From an uncultured delta proteobacterium (GTDB lineage Bacteria > Myxococcota_A > Polyangia > Palsa-1104), in contig CAWAWS010000005.1 in NCBI GenBank assembly GCA_963785725.1, positions 288,001 through 352,000 on the forward strand: a DNA stretch of 64,000 nucleotides, written 5' to 3'. The notes under the pieces are model-generated. The model did no database searches. It saw only the letters and a program-made list of their open reading frames with translations, and was not told the origin of the DNA. Made by a program: the position numbers and the translations under genes. Below, piece by piece: positions 59,886 to 64,000 of the stretch. How positions within the stretch are numbered: position 1 is the first letter of the stretch; each line of letters begins with the position of its first letter.

Positions 59886-61682
59886 ATGGAGATGATCGGC
59901 CGTATCCTCTCGCGCTACCGCCTGCTCCAGGAAGTGGGGCACGGCGGCATGGCGGTGGTGTACAAAGCCGAGGATACGACGCTGCATCGCGAAGTGGCCG
60001 TCAAAGTGCTGCATCCGCATCTGGCCGGGCAAGAGGAGTCGCGGGCGCGGCTGCAGCGCGAGGCGCACGCCGTGGCCAAGCTCAGGCACGAGAACATCCT
60101 CGAGATCTTCGACTATTCGGGGCCCGATTCGGCCGAGAGCTACATCGTCACCGAGTTCATTCACGGGCGGACGCTCAAGAGCTTCATGGTCGAGCAGCCG
60201 CTGCCGTTCCCCGAAGTGGCGGAGATGATCGCGTCGGAGGTGGCGCGCGCGCTCGAGCATGCGCACCAATTCGGCGTCATTCACCGCGACGTCAAGCCCG
60301 AGAACGTCATGATTCGCAACGACGGGCTCATCAAGCTGACCGACTTCGGCATCGCGCAGATCGTCGACAAAGAGCGGATGACGGTGACCGGGCAGCTCTT
60401 GGGATCGCCGGCCTACATGGCGCCCGAGCACGTCGAAGGGCGGCCGCTCGACTTTCGCACCGACGTCTTCGCGGTCGGCATCCTGACCTATCAGCTGGCG
60501 ACGGGCGAGCTGCCGTTTCGCGGCAAGAATCCGCACGAGGTCCTCAAGCGGATTGCCGAGTGCAAGTTCGCGCCGGCCGAGAGCGTCAATCCGCTCATCG
60601 GCAAGCGCCTCGGGCGGCTCATCGCCAAGGCGTTGGCGCGCGAGCCCGATCAGCGGTTCGCCGACGTGGCCGATATGCGCCGCGAGCTCGTCGAGGATTT
60701 GGCCGACGCGGGCATCGGCGATCCGCGGCAGACCTTGCGCGACTATTTCGCCGATCCCAAAGGCTGGGCGCGCGCGTTCCGGCCGCGGCTCGTGGCCGCG
60801 CTGACGACGACCGGACGCGAGCGCGCGGCGGCCGGGCGCACGGCGGCGGCGCTGGAGCTCTGGGGTCGCGCGCTCTGTCTCGAGCCGAAGGACACGGCGT
60901 TGCGCGCGCTCGTCGACGGTATCGCGCAGCGCTCGCAGCGGTCGCTGCGGCTCAAGTGGGGCGCGCTGACGTTGGCCGGCGGGCTGGCGGCGTCGCTGGC
61001 GATCACGGGTGGCGTGCGCTGGCAGCATGCGCGCCGTCGGCAGGCGCCGCAGATCGCGCCGAACGACAAGGCCAAAGACGCGCAAGTCGTCAACAAAGCG
61101 CTGCCGCCGCCGGTGCACGAGGAGCATCGGGTGACGCCGCCGATCGTGCATCGACTGCGGCCGCTGAAGACGGCGCCATCCGTCACGCCGGCCTCGGCGC
61201 CGCCGCCGGCGACCGCCAGCGCCGATCCGCCGCGCACGTTCGAGCTGGCGCCGACGCCGAAAGCCGTGAGCGTGTTCCTCGACGATAAGCCCTTGGGAGA
61301 CTATGGACCGCGGCTGGCGCGGCTGGTCGTGCCGGCGGGACCGCACGTGGTCCGCTTCGAGTCGCCCTACTGCTTCGCCAAAGAGGTCGAGATTCGCGGC
61401 GGCGAGCCGGCGGGACGGCTGGCGGCGCGGCTGCGCTGGAAGCCGGCGCGGCTGACGGTGCGCGTCGTGCCCGACAATGCCGACGTGCTCGTCGACGGCA
61501 GCATCTTGCGCTCGGGCCAGCCCATCGACGTCAACATTCCCGAGCTGTCCGACGGCAAGAAGACGGTGAGCGTGCGCGTCTCGGCGCCCGGTCGCGCGTC
61601 GCAGCAGCTGTCGCTCGAGCTGCGCGCCAACGACCAAAAGGTGCAGCCGGTGACCCTCCAGCCGATCGACGAGGCGCAATGA
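59886..61682 (+). CDS. Hanks-type Ser/Thr protein kinase with a TM and extracytoplasmic PEGA-like domains
   Basis: GHGGMAVVY, VAVKVL, HRDVKPEN, DFGIA, YMAPE, TDVFAVG; TM; VSVFLDD and ADVLVDG repeats. Confidence 0.93.
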   Translation: MEMIGRILSRYRLLQEVGHGGMAVVYKAEDTTLHREVAVKVLHPHLAGQEESRARLQREAHAVAKLRHENILEIFDYSGPDSAESYIVTEFIHGRTLKSFMVEQPLPFPEVAEMIASEVARALEHAHQFGVIHRDVKPENVMIRNDGLIKLTDFGIAQIVDKERMTVTGQLLGSPAYMAPEHVEGRPLDFRTDVFAVGILTYQLATGELPFRGKNPHEVLKRIAECKFAPAESVNPLIGKRLGRLIAKALAREPDQRFADVADMRRELVEDLADAGIGDPRQTLRDYFADPKGWARAFRPRLVAALTTTGRERAAAGRTAAALELWGRALCLEPKDTALRALVDGIAQRSQRSLRLKWGALTLAGGLAASLAITGGVRWQHARRRQAPQIAPNDKAKDAQVVNKALPPPVHEEHRVTPPIVHRLRPLKTAPSVTPASAPPPATASADPPRTFELAPTPKAVSVFLDDKPLGDYGPRLARLVVPAGPHVVRFESPYCFAKEVEIRGGEPAGRLAARLRWKPARLTVRVVPDNADVLVDGSILRSGQPIDVNIPELSDGKKTVSVRVSAPGRASQQLSLELRANDQKVQPVTLQPIDEAQ

Positions 61683-62608
61683 CGCGTTTGGGGCGCGCGC
61701 TCGTCGCGGCGACCCTCGTGTGCGCCGTGGCGACGGTGACGCCGGCCGCGGCCAGCCCGTCGCGCAATGCCACCGAGGCGCTCGAGCGCGGCCACAACGC
61801 CTACGACCGCGGCGATTACGGCGGCGCCATCGACACGCTCCATCCGCTGCTCTATCCGTCGATCGAGCTCGGCACCGAAGAGGACGTCGTGCTCGCCCAT
61901 CGCCTGCTCGCGCTCTCCTACTTCTTCGTCGACAAGCCCAAAGATGCCGAGCAGGAGGTGACGTCGCTGTTGGCGCTCAGGCCCAACTACGCGCTCGATC
62001 CGATCGTCGATCCGCCGGTGGCGGTGCACTTCTTCGACGACGTGCGGCAGCGACAGTCGGAGCGGCTGCGGACGATCGAGCGCCGCGAGCACGAAGAGGC
62101 CGAGCGCGTGCGCAAAGAGGCCGAGCGACGGCAGGCCGCGCAGCACGCCAAGGCCGAGCGCGTCTACGTCGACCGCGTCGTCGAGCAGCACAGCCGCTTC
62201 ATCGCGCTCTTGCCGTTCGGAGCCGGGCAGATTCAGAACGGGCAGCTGACCAAAGGCGTCCTCTTCGCCACGTCGGAGACGCTGCTGGCGGCGACGTCGC
62301 TCGGCACCTGGGGCGAGCTCACGTTCAGCTCGCGCTTTCCCTACGATCCGTCGACGGGCCGGCGCGAGTTCACCAAGAGCGACGCGACGCTGGCGCAGAC
62401 GCTGACGGGGCTACAACTGGCGACTGGCGCCGCGTTCTACGCCATCGCCATTTGGGGAATCATCGACGCGCAGGTGCTCTTCAAGCGCGAAGTCGTGCGC
62501 GGCGAGCGCGAGCGCACCGAGCAAGGCCCCGCCAAACGTCCTCCATTGACCTTCGTTCCTCTCAAAACGCCGACGATGACGGGTGTCGGCATGCAAGGAA
62601 GCTTCTGA
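61679..62608 (+). CDS. Secreted/membrane TPR protein
   Basis: Signal peptide; TPR helices; LLPFGAGQIQNG; C-terminal hydrophobic segments; ATGA overlap with the kinase. Confidence 0.78.
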   Translation: MTRLGRALVAATLVCAVATVTPAAASPSRNATEALERGHNAYDRGDYGGAIDTLHPLLYPSIELGTEEDVVLAHRLLALSYFFVDKPKDAEQEVTSLLALRPNYALDPIVDPPVAVHFFDDVRQRQSERLRTIERREHEEAERVRKEAERRQAAQHAKAERVYVDRVVEQHSRFIALLPFGAGQIQNGQLTKGVLFATSETLLAATSLGTWGELTFSSRFPYDPSTGRREFTKSDATLAQTLTGLQLATGAAFYAIAIWGIIDAQVLFKREVVRGERERTEQGPAKRPPLTFVPLKTPTMTGVGMQGSF

Positions 62609-64000
62609 TGCCGAGCCTGCGAATCACGCTGCCGGGCCACAGCCCGAAAGTGCACCACCTGTACAAGAAGATCACCTCGATCGGCAGCGGCGAGGAGAAC
62701 GACATCGTCTTGAGCGATCCGCTGATCGAGGACTCGCACGCGCACATTCACTTCGACGGGCGCGATTTCCACATCACGTCGATCGACAAGAACAACGATC
62801 TGCAGATCAACGGCAAGAAGCGCAAGAAGCATCGTTTGGTGCATCAAGACGCGCTGAAGATGGGCGCGTCCGACTTCGTGTTCAGCCTCTACGACGAGCC
62901 GCCCACCGACGAAGAAGCGGCCAAGACGCTGGAGGCGCTGAGCTCTTATCGCAAGCTCTTCGAGTTCTCGGAGCGACTGCTCTCGAACTACGATTTACCG
63001 GAGCTGCTCGACGCCTTGATGGACGCAGTCGTATTGATTACGAACGCCGACAAAGGCTTCTTGATTCTGCTCGAAGGCAATGAGCTCCGCGTCAAAGTCG
63101 CGCGTAACTTGAAGCGCGAGAACTTGGCCGACGCGCTCGATCAGCTGTCCGATTCGATCGTCGACAAAGTCGTCAAGACGCGTAAAGCGCTGATCGTCTC
63201 CGACGCGCTGCACGACCAAGAGTTCGCCAACGCCATGAGCGTCATGTCGCTCAAGCTGTCGTCGGTGATGTGCGTTCCCTTGCTCGAGCGCGGCAACCTC
63301 TTGGGCGTGCTCTATGTCGGCAATGACTCGGTGACGCAGCTGTTCGATGAATCGCACTTGGAAGTGCTGACGATCTTCGCCGCGCAGGCGTCGCTCATCA
63401 TTCGCAATGCCCTGCTCGTCAACGAGCTGAAGCTCGACAACAAGCTCTTGGCCGAGCAGCTGCAGCAGATGCGCTTTGGCGACATCATCGGCTCGTGCGC
63501 GGCGATGCAAGAGGTCTTCAAGAAGGTCCAGAAGGTCGCGACCACCGATATCTCCGTCTTGATTACCGGCGAAACCGGCACCGGAAAAGAATTGATCGCG
63601 CTCGAGATTCATCGCCGTTCGGGGCGCGCAAAAGGGCCATTCGTCACCATCAACTGCGGCGCCATTCCCGAGAACCTATTGGAGTCGGAGCTCTTCGGTC
63701 ACGTGCGCGGCGCCTTCACGGGCGCGGTCTCGAATAAGCCGGGCAAGTTTCATTCGGCCGACGGCGGCACCATCTTTCTCGATGAAATCGGCGAAATGCC
63801 GCTCAATCTACAGGTCAAGCTGTTGCGGGTCCTGCAAGAGAAAGTGGTCGTGCGCGTCGGCGAAAACCGGCCCGAATCGGTCGACATTCGCGTACTGACG
63901 GCGACGCATCGAAACCTGGAAGACGATATTCGCAATCATCGTTTTCGCGAGGATCTCTATTATCGATTGAACGTCGTCAACATTCATTTGCCGCCGCTGC
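62608..64000 (+). CDS. Sigma54-dependent enhancer-binding protein with FHA and GAF domains (3'-truncated; absent from the ORF track because it has no stop in the window)
   Basis: TGATG coupling; FHA-like [14 protein letters not shown]...SHAHI; GAF-like SVMCVPL...[53 protein letters not shown]. Confidence 0.92.
   Translation, partial: MPSLRITLPGHSPKVHHLYKKITSIGSGEENDIVLSDPLIEDSHAHIHFDGRDFHITSIDKNNDLQINGKKRKKHRLVHQDALKMGASDFVFSLYDEPPTDEEAAKTLEALSSYRKLFEFSERLLSNYDLPELLDALMDAVVLITNADKGFLILLEGNELRVKVARNLKRENLADALDQLSDSIVDKVVKTRKALIVSDALHDQEFANAMSVMSLKLSSVMCVPLLERGNLLGVLYVGNDSVTQLFDESHLEVLTIFAAQASLIIRNALLVNELKLDNKLLAEQLQQMRFGDIIGSCAAMQEVFKKVQKVATTDISVLITGETGTGKELIALEIHRRSGRAKGPFVTINCGAIPENLLESELFGHVRGAFTGAVSNKPGKFHSADGGTIFLDEIGEMPLNLQVKLLRVLQEKVVVRVGENRPESVDIRVLTATHRNLEDDIRNHRFREDLYYRLNVVNIHLPPL

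Overview
High-GC bacterial chromosomal segment, most likely Myxococcota (inferred from a MYXO-CTERM-like tail, a Dsg-like IF3 with a Pro-rich extension, a PEGA-type Ser/Thr kinase and an FHA-sigma54 activator). In order, the window holds: the 3' part of polA; TPR, sensor-kinase and yfgM-bamB-like genes; a roughly 14 kb starch/maltodextrin utilisation locus (LamB-like porin, two GH13 lipoproteins, MalK, a fused MalE-MalF, MalG, an anchored GH15); an ScfR/RamB-type regulator divergent from a compact ethylmalonyl-CoA pathway operon (mcd-mch-mcl-hbd-epi-ccr); tRNA-Arg(CCT); surE-pcm-M23-apt; several secreted orphan proteins; the tRNA-Val-thrS-infC-rpmI-rplT-pheS-pheT-ihfA-merR-tRNA-Pro block; a hybrid kinase; a fadD-like ligase; an ABC1 kinase with a TMTC-like GT-C gene; and a Ser/Thr kinase-TPR-FHA/sigma54 activator operon cut by the window edge. 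No CRISPR array, rRNA, integrase or transposase was seen. Several conserved genes carry single-base frameshifts or in-frame TAG codons that look like long-read assembly errors, so pseudogene calls are tentative. All family assignments come from motif recognition by eye; no database searches were run.
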